Translations under genes and position numbers: made by a program | Assembly: GCA_963701095.1 (NCBI GenBank) | Contig: OY969564.1 | Coordinates: 1,024,001 to 1,088,000 of the forward strand | Length of the DNA stretch: 64,000 bases | Direction: 5' to 3' | From: an uncultured Methanoregulaceae archaeon | GTDB taxonomy: Archaea > Halobacteriota > Methanomicrobia > Methanomicrobiales > Methanospirillaceae | Notes under the pieces: generated by a model | What the model was told of the DNA's origin: nothing | The model's input: the letters and a program-made list of their open reading frames with translations, nothing else | Databases searched by the model: none | Shown here: positions 45,230-54,989 of the stretch, piece after piece | Layout of the letters: each line of letters starts with the position of its first letter | Position numbering within the stretch: position 1 is the stretch's first letter

Positions 45230-45898
45230 TTAAAGGTTTGGATTCACGTCGATACTTTCATCGGGCTTGAGGATTTTTACGGTGAGATCTGTTGTTCTTT
45301 CAAGAGCGGTCTTAAAAGCCACAGGATCTGCTGCGATCTTATCCCAGGTATTGTAGTGAACCGGTACCACAATCTTTGCCCCAACAAACTGTGCTGCGAT
45401 CATGGCTTCGTCGGGACCCATGGTATATCTCCCGCCTATAGGAAGAAAAGCGACATCAGGATGGTAGAGATCGCCGATGAGTTTCATATCGGAGAAAAGG
45501 GCAGTATCTCCTGCATGATACACGCATATCCCATCCATCCGCACAACAAAACCTGCTGCCGTACCCGGGTTTGCTGTTGTGCCTGCATCATCAATCCTCG
45601 ATGAATGGATTGCCGGGGTCATAGTGATAGTGACGCCATTGACTGTGATCGTCCCACCGATATTCATGCCTTCGGCTGGGACGCCTTTTGCCGTGAGGTA
45701 CTGGGCTATTTCCCCGGTGGTAACGGTCATTTTTTTAAGCGCAACCGTTTCACCCAGATGGTCAGCGTGGCCGTGAGTGACAAGAATAAGATCGGGATCA
45801 CTCGAGGAAACACTTCCGTCTGGAATAAAAGGATCGATCAGGACTTTTTGGGTTCCGGTGAGAAGAACGCAGGCATGGCCAAGCCAGGTAAGGTGCAT
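45230..45898 (-). CDS. UPF0173 metal-dependent hydrolase (MBL fold)
   Basis: WLGHA, THGHADH, YHAGDT, PIGGRYTM, PVHYNTW. Confidence 0.9.
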   Translation of the reverse strand: MHLTWLGHACVLLTGTQKVLIDPFIPDGSVSSSDPDLILVTHGHADHLGETVALKKMTVTTGEIAQYLTAKGVPAEGMNIGGTITVNGVTITMTPAIHSSRIDDAGTTANPGTAAGFVVRMDGICVYHAGDTALFSDMKLIGDLYHPDVAFLPIGGRYTMGPDEAMIAAQFVGAKIVVPVHYNTWDKIAADPVAFKTALERTTDLTVKILKPDESIDVNPNL

Positions 45899-45941
45899 AG
45901 TAACCATCCATTCTGTCAGGTCTTATAAGGAATGCCAGTCA

Positions 45942-46190
45942 TTAGGGGAAGAACCGCGAGAGGAAGATCAACACCGGAGAACAGACAACGATATGATGGT
46001 TGAGTACATCGATGAACTGCTGGTAGTAGAACAGATATTCCCGTGTGTTCTGGGATTCTTCAAGTTTTTTGATCAGCTGGAGCAGGTCTTTTTTCCGTTC
46101 GCCATCCGGAATTTCTTCACCAATCAAATGGGATGCTCCGGAAAAATCATTGATCGTCACTTTCTTATCGCCACGAGTACCGGGAACCAT
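45942..46190 (-). CDS. Small hypothetical protein
   Basis: 82 aa helical-looking ORF with ATG start. Confidence 0.5.
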   Translation of the reverse strand: MVPGTRGDKKVTINDFSGASHLIGEEIPDGERKKDLLQLIKKLEESQNTREYLFYYQQFIDVLNHHIVVCSPVLIFLSRFFP

Positions 46191-46260
46191 GATTTTACTG
46201 AAACCGAATCCTATTAATTTCTTATCAAAAAATCCGAATAAAGTCTCAGCGAGAAACAGA

Positions 46261-46340
46261 TGCGAAGGATGGGATTCGAACTCAGGAACTCCTGCTGGAT
46301 TGGGCCCTCAACCTAACGTCTTTGATCTGGCTTAGCCACC
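46261..46340 (-). pseudogene. Decayed tRNA-Leu (GAG) lacking the 5' acceptor strand
   Basis: Minus strand reads GGTGGCTAAGCCAGATCAAAGACGTTAGGTT[GAG]GGCCCAATCCAGCAGGAGTTCCTGAGTTCGAATCCCATCCTTCGCA; stems mismatched, 5' GCGA.. missing. Confidence 0.8.
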
Positions 46341-46443
46341 ATTTTTTTTCTTACCGGAATATAGCCTGCAAACCTTGATCAAGACCCCAAAAATGCAATA
46401 AAATAACTCCCTCGTTGGTTTGGCAGAATGGGTGAAGAAACAA

Positions 46444-46830
46444 TTATAGCATATATTCACGGCCTGTATCTGTCAATGAGTAATAGATCCAGTTCCCCCG
46501 GTACTCTCCCTCGATAAGGCCCCCTTCCTTGAGAACCGCGAGATGATATGAAAGCTTAGAATCGGCAATCTGCATAAAACGGTTAATGACGCAGACGCAA
46601 AGTGGCTGGTCCTGGAGAAGATAGAGAATCTTAAGGCGGAGTGGATCGGAAAGGGCATGGTATCTCCGGCTCTTTTCAACAAGTTTCTCTTTGTCCGGAA
46701 TCTTTCTGGAGAGAACGTCCATACCCCCCAGGTTTTCAATAGCTTCAAGTCCCACATCAGGTTTTGTCACCGCCATGTTTCCGGATCCGGGTTGTAACAC
46801 ATTGCAACAGGAACGTTTGGATGATGTCAT
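46444..46830 (-). CDS. arsR: ArsR/SmtB family metalloregulator
   Basis: HALSDPLRLKIL, LCVC metal-binding motif, SKLSYHL.VLKE.GLI, additional N-terminal CC. Confidence 0.9.
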   Translation of the reverse strand: MTSSKRSCCNVLQPGSGNMAVTKPDVGLEAIENLGGMDVLSRKIPDKEKLVEKSRRYHALSDPLRLKILYLLQDQPLCVCVINRFMQIADSKLSYHLAVLKEGGLIEGEYRGNWIYYSLTDTGREYML

Positions 46831-46902
46831 TTCAAAATATTATGAAATGCCAAAGTATATACGCTTCTCCTGCGGATAATGTTTCAACAAAAATTGAAAT
46901 GC
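46828..46902. promoter_or_regulatory. Divergent arsR/hgcA promoter with two palindromic operator candidates
   Basis: CATTTCA-N8-TGAAATG (46828-46849) and TTTCAA-N6-TTGAAA (46882-46899), both followed by TGC; TATA-like AAGTATATA (46853-46861) between them. Confidence 0.65.
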
Positions 46903-46917
46903 TATTGAGAAACGATA

Positions 46918-47994
46918 ATGACAGACGCAACATCCCCAGAAAATACCCGGCAATCCTGCTGTGAGGGGGACAGGAAAAAGTCCTCTTGCCGTTGTTTTGT
47001 AAATACAGATTCTGAAGCGATCATCCGCACCACTACGGATTTTATTACCTTCGAAAACCGGTGGGATCATTTCCTCGCCCGGTGCGGCATAAACCGATCA
47101 GGCCATATCGTTGCCCCGGGCTTGTACCGTCTTGGTAATCCGACCACAGATTCACCGGTCTTCGCATCCGCGAACTACACACTGAGTTTTGATGCTCTTC
47201 GGGAAGCGATTGCCGGCATCGATGCGTATATTCTTGTGCTGGACACGAAAGGTATTAACGTCTGGTGTGCCGCGGGGAAGGGCACGTTCGGAACCGATGA
47301 ACTAATCCACCGCATTGGGGTTACCGGGCTTTCCAAGATCGTTTCACATCGCAAGATTATTCTTCCCCAGCTCGGCGCCCCCGGAATCTCTGCACATGAG
47401 GTATCAGGACAGTCCGGTTTTATGGTTGAGTACGGTCCGGTTCGTGCTAAAGACGTGCCAGCGTACCTTGCCACGCATGTGGCAACCCGGGATATGCGAA
47501 CGGTTAGATTCACCCTTGCCGACCGGCTCGTTCTCACACCAGTAGAACTGGCACACGTGCTCCTTCCTTTGATAGCAGCTACGGTAGCGCTCTATTTCCT
47601 TGCCGGTTTCGTGGCTTCGCTGGGTGCGGTAACCGCAGTCCTTGCAGGAACAGTCCTCTTCCCGGCGCTCCTTCCCATAATCCCAACCAGGGATTTTTCT
47701 ACAAAAGGATTCATCCTTGGCATAATTGTCGCACTTCCGTTCTCGGTATTCTTTGCTCTTGTCAAAGGAATGTCCGGTGTCGCACAGATATTCACAGGAC
47801 TTATACCACTCCTTATCATCCCGCCAGTAACTGCTTACCTTGCCCTTAACTTTACGGGATCGTCCACGTTTACATCACGTACTGGCGTGAAAAAGGAGAT
47901 CTTCCGGTACGTGCCGGTTATGGTACTCATGATAAGCATGGGAATAGTCCTTGCAATTGCGCTTGGTATGTTCCGTGTCCTCGGAGGGGTCTGA
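46918..47994 (+). CDS. hgcA: Mercury methylation corrinoid protein HgcA
   Basis: Cap-helix motif NVWCAAGKGTFG, LPQLGAPG, GPVRAKD, C-terminal TM domain, NFTGSSTFTSRTGVKKE. Confidence 0.97.
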   Translation: MTDATSPENTRQSCCEGDRKKSSCRCFVNTDSEAIIRTTTDFITFENRWDHFLARCGINRSGHIVAPGLYRLGNPTTDSPVFASANYTLSFDALREAIAGIDAYILVLDTKGINVWCAAGKGTFGTDELIHRIGVTGLSKIVSHRKIILPQLGAPGISAHEVSGQSGFMVEYGPVRAKDVPAYLATHVATRDMRTVRFTLADRLVLTPVELAHVLLPLIAATVALYFLAGFVASLGAVTAVLAGTVLFPALLPIIPTRDFSTKGFILGIIVALPFSVFFALVKGMSGVAQIFTGLIPLLIIPPVTAYLALNFTGSSTFTSRTGVKKEIFRYVPVMVLMISMGIVLAIALGMFRVLGGV

Positions 47995-48332
47995 TGTTTG
48001 ACTCTTATCTGGAGAATACGCTCCGTTATTTCCCGGAAAAATGTATCAATTGCCGGCGATGTACTCAGGTTTGCCCTCATGGCGTGTTTGCCGAAGGAAA
48101 AGACCGGGCGAAACTTGTCCGGCTTTCGGGATGCATGGAATGCGGTGCGTGTGCAGGAAACTGCCCGGTACAGGCCATCGAGGTACAGAGCGGCGTTGGG
48201 TGCGCCTGGGCTATGATCAATGCAGCCCTCCGGGGAAAGGATATGGATAGTTGTGAATGCAGCTGCGGAGGATCTGAGAGTTCCTGTTGTGGTGGTGAGA
48301 CGAAAGAAGATCCGTATTCAAAGGGCCCGTAA
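47994..48332 (+). CDS. hgcB: Mercury methylation 2[4Fe-4S] ferredoxin HgcB
   Basis: CINCRRCTQVC, CMECGACAGNC, GVGCA, C-terminal CC; overlaps the hgcA stop codon. Confidence 0.96.
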   Translation: MFDSYLENTLRYFPEKCINCRRCTQVCPHGVFAEGKDRAKLVRLSGCMECGACAGNCPVQAIEVQSGVGCAWAMINAALRGKDMDSCECSCGGSESSCCGGETKEDPYSKGP

Positions 48333-48424
48333 ACGTAAACATTGTGGCTGAAAACGAAATGGTACAACGGAAACAGTGATAATGCATGCAGCCCATCGCT
48401 GCGATAGAGAGTACAGGTGGCACA

Positions 48425-48843
48425 ATGAAAAAGAAGATCCTGTTTATCTGCACCCATAACGCCATCCGGTCCCAGATGGCAGAAGGGTATATGAGAGCAA
48501 AATACGGTGACCGCTACGAGGTATTCAGTGGCGGGGTAGAAAAAGGACAGGTTCATCCGAAGGCAATAGCCGTTATGAAAGAGATCGGGATCGATATCTC
48601 CGGCCAACGGTCAAAACTCATTGATGAGTTCTATGGGACAGGAATTGATACGGTTGTCACCGTCTGCGACTCTGCAAAGGCTGCCTGTCCGTTCTTCCCG
48701 GGGCAAAAGAAGAGATTCACCAGGGTTTTTCGGACCCTTCTGCATTCACCGGAACGGAGGAGGAAATCTGGGCCGGGTTCCGCCGCGTAAGAGATGAGAT
48801 CATCCGGTGGATCGATTCGACCTTCGGCAATGCTCCGGAATTA
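48425..48843 (+). CDS. arsC: Thioredoxin-coupled (LMW-PTP fold) arsenate reductase; frameshift near 48700, corrected frame runs into the thioredoxin ORF
   Basis: CTHNAIRSQMAEG P-loop, TVCDSAKAACP, and after correction HQGFSDPS...FRRVRDEI. Confidence 0.88.
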
Positions 48844-49281
48844 GTGAAGACAGAGTTGTCACAGCAGGAGAGTGCAAATGCACCGCACGTCCAGGATCTT
48901 TTGGTTGAACTAACGGAAGCCACGTGGGAGGATACTGTTGAAAAACAAACGAAGCCTGTCGCAGTTATGTTCTATTCTCCAACGTGTCCTTTCTGCCGGC
49001 AGATTGAGCCATACGTCGTAACCTATGCCAAAGAATTTCATGAGACGATTCTGTTCGGTCATCTGAATGTTTTAACAAATGCATCGATTATCGAGCGATA
49101 TGGGATCAGGCAGACACCGACATTTAAATTTTTTTGCGGGGGAAAACCTGTCATTGAAATGGTCGGTGCCATCTATCCAGCTATGCTTAAGAAAATGCTC
49201 GAAGCAGTACGGGATCATCGCAACGAATGCACCTCAAATTCTACGGCAATTGAGTTCGAGAAACTGGTTACTGGCACATGA
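48844..49281 (+). CDS. Thioredoxin-family protein/domain
   Basis: FYSPTCPFC, RYGIRQTPTFKFF. Confidence 0.85.
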   Translation: MKTELSQQESANAPHVQDLLVELTEATWEDTVEKQTKPVAVMFYSPTCPFCRQIEPYVVTYAKEFHETILFGHLNVLTNASIIERYGIRQTPTFKFFCGGKPVIEMVGAIYPAMLKKMLEAVRDHRNECTSNSTAIEFEKLVTGT

Positions 49282-49300
49282 ACAGAACAAACAAGAAAAA

Positions 49301-49345
49301 TGCGAGGGATCAGATTCGCTCATCGAAGAGCCAGCCACTCTCATG
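49301..49345 (-). repeat. Short degenerate tRNA-Leu 3'-end copy (direct repeat of 46261)
   Basis: TGCGAGGGATCAGATTCG, then CTCA and AGCCAC as in the left copy. Confidence 0.5.
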
Positions 49346-49421
49346 CATGTACTGATACCCGAAAATAGACACGGTCACATATACCAATCGAAAAAATAGA
49401 TCTTCTTAATGATACGTTCTT

Positions 49422-50030
49422 TTATGTTACATCTATCATTTCGGCTTCGGTTATATCGATGGATTCACCCAGGTTATCTGCCGTTGCACTCCGGGTCATC
49501 TGCTCGGAGAGGTCACGGTCTTCCATTACATCCCTGATACGGGTAATATAGGGGTCGATGGTGGGATCTTCCTGTTCCTCGATTACATGCCGGTATTCCC
49601 GCAGTGTGGAAGGACTGACTCCTAATACATCAGAAACTTCCTTCATGGTCTTTCCTGACGCAACCAGTTCTTCCATTTTCGTTTTATCAAACGGCATCCT
49701 GAAATCAAGGTCGCGGAAAAGCTTGAGCCTGACGCGTGCCCGGGCAACGGTCTTGCTGAGTTTCTCATCGCCGAGCTCGCGGGCGATCTCCGTATCGTTT
49801 TTCCCTGCGTAAAACGAAGTGACCAGTTTTGCCAGCTGGATCGGTTTAAGCGACGTCTTGAAAATTCCCTGTTCAATAATCTCCCGCATTACCAGTGCAA
49901 CTTCACGTTCAATCGCATCGCTATCCCTGAGGGTGCCATGAATGTTTTTCATCGGTTCGACAATCTTTGTCTTACCCGACATGGTGCTGAAAAGTTCCAG
50001 CAGCTGTGTTTTTCGTTTGTCTTCCGTCAT
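49422..50030 (-). CDS. HTH-containing conserved hypothetical protein (resembles haloarchaeal conditioned-medium-induced protein 4)
   Basis: FYAGKNDTEIARELG...VARARVRLKL, second HTH KEVSDVLGVSPSTLREY. Confidence 0.6.
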   Translation of the reverse strand: MTEDKRKTQLLELFSTMSGKTKIVEPMKNIHGTLRDSDAIEREVALVMREIIEQGIFKTSLKPIQLAKLVTSFYAGKNDTEIARELGDEKLSKTVARARVRLKLFRDLDFRMPFDKTKMEELVASGKTMKEVSDVLGVSPSTLREYRHVIEEQEDPTIDPYITRIRDVMEDRDLSEQMTRSATADNLGESIDITEAEMIDVT

Positions 50031-50298
50031 TGCATACCCCATCTTGGGATTAGGATATACAATACGTCGTCAACTATTTAATCCTATCTTTACACTTCTT
50101 TTGACCAGAAGCCTTTTATTTAAGGCTGGATCGGATTTGCAAACCTTATAAAACAATGCAAAAAATGTTACCAGCAGTAATATCCAACCCTCATGGTTTT
50201 CCCTGCCCGGAGTTAGGACATACAACAATAGAACCGGACGCGAGCCTTTTTGTCGGGAGTCGTGTAACTGTATAAGAGACAAGTACCAGGGATCCTGC

Positions 50299-52016
50299 AT
50301 GAGTGACGTTTTTGAAAATGTGATGGATCTGGCCAAACGCCGGGGTTTTATCTGGCCCACATCCGAATGTTACGGTGCGGTGGCCGGTTTTATTGATTAC
50401 GGTCCGCTTGGCGCGATGATGAAGCGGAGGATCGAGAATATCTGGCGGCATTTTTACGTTGTCCAGGAAGGTTATTACGAAATTGAGTGCCCGACGATAG
50501 CGCAGGAAGCCGTTTTTATCGCTTCCGGGCATGTAAAAGGGTTCTCCGACAAGATGTGCCAGTGCCCTCACTGCAAAGAGTACCCTGAGAGCCGATCACG
50601 TGGCTGACGGTGGGGGCGTGAGCGGGGCTGCGACCATGGACAATGCGACGCTCGCCGCCGCAATTGCAGGATGTAAATGTCCTGCCTGCGACGAAGTGCT
50701 TGGTTGTGTCGACGTCTACAACTTCAACCTGATGTTTTCGACTACGATTGGCCCCGGTTCCCAGAGAGTCGGTTACCTGCGTCCCGAGACTGCCCAGGGA
50801 ATGTTTGTGGACTTTTCCCGGTTACTCAGATTTTACCGGGATAAGCTCCCCTTTGGTGCAGTGCAGATAGGAAAATCCTACCGGAACGAGATTTCACCCC
50901 GGCAGGGTATGATCCGGCTTCGTGAATTCACCCAGGCAGAAGCCGAGATTTTCGTCCACCCTCTCGAGAAAAACCATCACCCGGCATTTGCAAGATACGC
51001 GAATTACCGTATGCCTCTCCTGACCTACACGCACCAGCACAAATGCGAACCGGCCGTAGAAATGACCATGCGGGAAGCGGTAGATGCCAATGTGATCGCA
51101 AACGAATATGTTGCCTACTACGTCGCTCTCACCCACGAACTGCTCGTTACGGTCGGTATCCGGCAACGGCTCCGGTTCCGCCAGCACCTCCCTGATGAAC
51201 GGGCACACTATGCAACTGACTGCTGGGACGCTGAGGTATATTCGGAACGATTTGGCTGGGTCGAGACCGTAGGGATTGCCGACCGGACTGATTATGATCT
51301 GAATGCCCATGCAGCACAAAGCAAAACGTCAATGAGCGTTTTCATCCAGTACGATACCCCCAAGAAAGTCCAGCGCCGGAGAATCATCCCGAACATGGGC
51401 GTGCTTGGTAAACAGTACCGGCAGAAAGCTAAAGCTTATCTTTACCGCCCTTGAAACCGCGACACCGACCGCAGAAGGTGCGGACGTAACCGTCGATGGC
51501 GAGACAATTCATATCCCGGCGGACCTCTTTGAAGTCCGTGATGAGGTTGTCGACGTCAGGGGCGAGGAGATTGTCCCTCACGTGATCGAGCCCTCGTATG
51601 GTATCGACCGGATGTGCTATGCCGTGCTCGAGCAGGCCTACGCTGAGGATACAGCCGACGGCGAGAAACGCGTCGTACTCAGGCTCACGCCCAAGGTCGC
51701 ACCCGTCCAGGTAGCCGTATTCCCGCTAATGGCACGCGATGGTCTTGATACCCTGTCCGGGGAAATCACCTCCAACCTCCAGAAACAGGGTATCCTCGCA
51801 GAATATGACGATTCCGGGGCGATTGGCCGCCGCTACCGCCGGCAGGATGAGATCGGCACACCGTTTGCGGTTACGGTAGATTACGAGACCAAAGAAACAG
51901 GCACTGTAACCCTGAGGGACCGGGACAGTATGAAACAGGTGAGACTGAACACCGGTGACCTCCAGCAGATTATCCCTGCACTTATTGAAGGAAGCATGCA
52001 CTTTGCGGCCCTGTAA
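50299..52016 (+). CDS. glyS: Glycyl-tRNA synthetase (frameshifts near 50585 and 51435)
   Basis: LAKRRGF, YLRPETAQG, RNEISPRQG, PHVIEPSYGIDR, GRRYRRQDEIGTP. Confidence 0.95.
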
Positions 52017-52031
52017 CCGGATACATAATCC

Positions 52032-54263
52032 ATGAAAAACATCAACCATCCCCTCATCCGCCCTGAAAGCATCGAGTCGCGGGAATACCAGCTTGCAATA
52101 GCGATGAAGGCGCTCGACGCAAACACGATGGTTATCCTTCCGACAGGGCTTGGGAAAACCGCCATCGCCCTTCTGGTCGCTGCATCCCGGCTCTATAACG
52201 AAGGGGGCCGGATACTGATGCTTGCCCCGACAAAGCCGCTGGTGGAACAGCATCTCCGTTTTTTCGAAAAGTTCCTGGTTGCACAAAGTCCCCGGGAACC
52301 GGATTTACCGCCGTTTGCCATGTTCACCGGCGATGCCCCGCCAGCTGAACGCACTGCTGACTGGGAACGATCGCAGGTCATTTTTGCAACCCCACAGGTC
52401 GTGAAAAATGACCTCATTGCGGGCCGCTATACCTTAAAAGATGTCACCCTCCTCATTGTCGATGAATGCCACCGGGCAACCGGCAATTATGCCTACGTTT
52501 TTCTTGCCCGGCGGTATCATGACACAGCCGATAAACCCCTGGTTCTCGCCATGACCGCATCACCGGGAGGTTCACCGGAGAAAGTCGAGGAAGTGTGCCA
52601 AAACCTCGGGATTGCCCATGTAGAAAACAGGATGGAAAGTGACCCTGATGTCAGCCCGTACGTCCACGAACGGGATATTGAAATCATCCAGATCGATCTT
52701 CCGGTCGAACTCAAAAAAGTCATCCACGCAATCCAGAACCTGATTGACGACCGGCTGGCACTCCTTACCTCGCTTGGCTTTGTTGTCCCGAAACGGGACC
52801 GGCTATCGATGAAGGAACTCACTGGCATCAATGCCCAGATCCAGCAGAAGATCCAGAGCCGTGATCCTCATGGTTATGCAGCAGCCTCGGTCTATGCAGA
52901 ATGCATGAAACTCAAACATGCCATAACACTCGCCGAATCACAGGGGAGCGAAGTATTCCGGGGCTATATCGCAAAGCTGGTCGCGGAGGGACAGGGACCA
53001 GGAGGGAGTAAAGCCAGCCAGAGACTGTGCAATGATACGGCGTTTCGCGAGATTTATATCCAGACAAAAACCTGGTCCGGGGAAATCCACCCGAAACCTT
53101 CGGTCATTCTTGGTATTGTCAGGGACCAGCTCGCATCCCATCCCGACAGCCGCATTATCATCTTTGCAACATTCCGGGACACTGTGCAGCTGCTTGTAGA
53201 TTACCTCACCGCAAACGGGATCTCGTGTGAACGCTTTGTGGGACAGGCTACAAAAGACGCAGAGAAAGGTCTTTCCCAGAAAAAGCAGATCGCTGCACTG
53301 TCCCGGTTCAGGGATGGGGAGTTTAAAGTCCTGATCGCAACGTCTGTCGGGGAAGAGGGCCTTGATGTACCTTCCACCGACCTTGTGATCTTTTATGAGC
53401 CCGTCCCTTCAGAAATCCGGTCCATCCAGCGTAAAGGAAGAACAGGCCGGTCTGCCGCGGGAAAGGTTGTGGTCCTTGCAACAAAAGGCACTTCAGACGA
53501 TGTTTTCCGGTTCGTGAGTCAGTCCAAGGAAAAAAGGATGCAGAAGAACATGCAGGCATTGAGCAGGACTGCACTCCCCCAGCAGGTTCCCGAAGGCCAG
53601 GCACTCATCGAAGCATTCACCCCGCAGGGCCCGGCAATCCGGATCGATGACCGCGAAACGTCCTCGAAGGTTGTCGAGGAACTCTCTTCGATGGGAGCGG
53701 CAATCAGGCTCGAACGCCTGCCCCAGGGAGACTACGCAATCGGGGACCGGATCCTGGTGGAACGGAAAACTGCCCGTGATTTTGTCGATACCCTCATCAA
53801 CCGGGACCTTCTTGGCCAGGCTAAGGCACTTGCCGAAGCCGTTCCCCGTCCGGTCATGGTAATCGAAGGCGGCGATATCTATACAGAAAGAAACATCGAA
53901 CCAAACGCTCTCCGCGGTGTGCTTTCGGCACTGGCTATCGACATGGGCATTTCAGTCCTCTTTACCCGGGATGAACAGGAGACCGCCCGGATGCTCTTTG
54001 TTATTGCCCGACGGGAAGAAGGAGAACGCGGTGAACGGAAATTCCATCCCCGTAAATCCTTTAAATCCATAAAAGACGAGCAGGAGTATATCGTCTCCGC
54101 TTTCCCGGATATTGGCATGAAAAATGCCCGGGTTCTCCTGGCACATTTTGGTTCGGTTCAGGCTGTTGCAAATGCCGGTCTTGAAGATCTTGCATCCGTG
54201 AAAGGTATCGGGGAGAAAACAGCGCAAAAAGTGTTTGAGATCTGCCGCCGGCCTTACAGCTGA
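52032..54263 (+). CDS. hef: Hef helicase/ERCC4 nuclease (FANCM-like)
   Basis: PTGLGKT, DECH, QRKGRTGR, ERCC4 GDY...VERK, C-terminal HhH. Confidence 0.92.
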   Translation: MKNINHPLIRPESIESREYQLAIAMKALDANTMVILPTGLGKTAIALLVAASRLYNEGGRILMLAPTKPLVEQHLRFFEKFLVAQSPREPDLPPFAMFTGDAPPAERTADWERSQVIFATPQVVKNDLIAGRYTLKDVTLLIVDECHRATGNYAYVFLARRYHDTADKPLVLAMTASPGGSPEKVEEVCQNLGIAHVENRMESDPDVSPYVHERDIEIIQIDLPVELKKVIHAIQNLIDDRLALLTSLGFVVPKRDRLSMKELTGINAQIQQKIQSRDPHGYAAASVYAECMKLKHAITLAESQGSEVFRGYIAKLVAEGQGPGGSKASQRLCNDTAFREIYIQTKTWSGEIHPKPSVILGIVRDQLASHPDSRIIIFATFRDTVQLLVDYLTANGISCERFVGQATKDAEKGLSQKKQIAALSRFRDGEFKVLIATSVGEEGLDVPSTDLVIFYEPVPSEIRSIQRKGRTGRSAAGKVVVLATKGTSDDVFRFVSQSKEKRMQKNMQALSRTALPQQVPEGQALIEAFTPQGPAIRIDDRETSSKVVEELSSMGAAIRLERLPQGDYAIGDRILVERKTARDFVDTLINRDLLGQAKALAEAVPRPVMVIEGGDIYTERNIEPNALRGVLSALAIDMGISVLFTRDEQETARMLFVIARREEGERGERKFHPRKSFKSIKDEQEYIVSAFPDIGMKNARVLLAHFGSVQAVANAGLEDLASVKGIGEKTAQKVFEICRRPYS

Positions 54264-54648
54264 CGCAGATTCAGAAGCGCTTCCGTACCGATCTTTACGG
54301 CATCCATAAACGCAAGACAATTATCAGGATCGCCGTCGTTTTTAATCCGTTGGCACAGGACAACAATCGTGCCGGACAGTTCTTTGGACAGCATCTCCGC
54401 TTCCGGCGTGAGCGAGGTAGACCGGTGTGCGGCTTCTTCTGCTACCGGTGAAGCCTTCTTTGCCGGGGCAGCTGCCGGGGGAAGAGGCGCTGTCTCGATA
54501 CCGGTTTTTTTTCGGCACAGACAACACAGAAGGTTTTTTTCTTGTATTCAAAAAGCGGGCAGCCGCAGGTGGGACAGGCCTTATCAAGCATTTTCCCGCC
54601 TTTGAGGAGGTACTCAGCCATTATCTCGTCGTCTTTTCTTTCGGGCAT
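54254..54648 (-). CDS. UPF0148 / Sjogren autoantigen-1 family Zn-ribbon protein (frameshift in A-run near 54510)
   Basis: [24 protein letters not shown]...CVVC; corrected frame ends at TAA 54254. Confidence 0.8.
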
Positions 54649-54725
54649 ATGTCACCGTCTGGTTAATATTCAAACTATATATGCGAGTTCTACGTATTAA
54701 CTACAGGTACGCGGTAGGTGATACC

Positions 54726-54989
54726 ATGCCAAATCCCGAAAAAACAATGGAAAACTGTATCTTGATGCTGCAGCACATTCAGGAGGACAGCACCATCCCA
54801 AGGAACATCCGGCGCGTAGCCGATGAGACCCGGGCCCTGCTCTCCAACAATACGAAGGCTATGGGCCTGCGCGCTGCGGAAGCAATCTCAAAAATCGACG
54901 AAATCTCAAACGATCCCAACATGCCCATCCATGCACGGACCCGGATATGGGAACTGGTATCCCAGCTCGAGACCATACCGCTTGATTAA
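54726..54989 (+). CDS. UPF0147 family protein
   Basis: [26 protein letters not shown]. Confidence 0.9.
   Translation: MPNPEKTMENCILMLQHIQEDSTIPRNIRRVADETRALLSNNTKAMGLRAAEAISKIDEISNDPNMPIHARTRIWELVSQLETIPLD

Larger units (their letters stand above)
46261..49318. mobile_element. Putative integrated islet carrying arsR-hgcA-hgcB-arsC-trx, bounded by tRNA-Leu-derived direct repeats
   Basis: TGCGAAGGATGGGATTCG (46261) versus TGCGAGGGATCAGATTCG (49301), 15/18 identical; no integrase inside. Confidence 0.45.

Noticed and set aside
44041..45924. 14-bp direct repeat TTCTGTCAGGTCTT at 44041 and 45911
   Set aside because: A few 14-mer matches are expected by chance in 64 kb, and no mobility gene lies between them.
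46918..47994. CdhE/AcsC corrinoid Fe-S protein instead of HgcA
   Set aside because: The cap-helix Cys motif, C-terminal TM domain and adjacent HgcB identify it as HgcA.
3759..52016. Split gatB, pyrC, argF, carB, metG and glyS as pseudogenes or programmed frameshifts
   Set aside because: Several are essential, both halves are conserved, breaks are single-base indels in runs or GC-rich motifs, and they share no slippery-site design. Assembly error is more likely.
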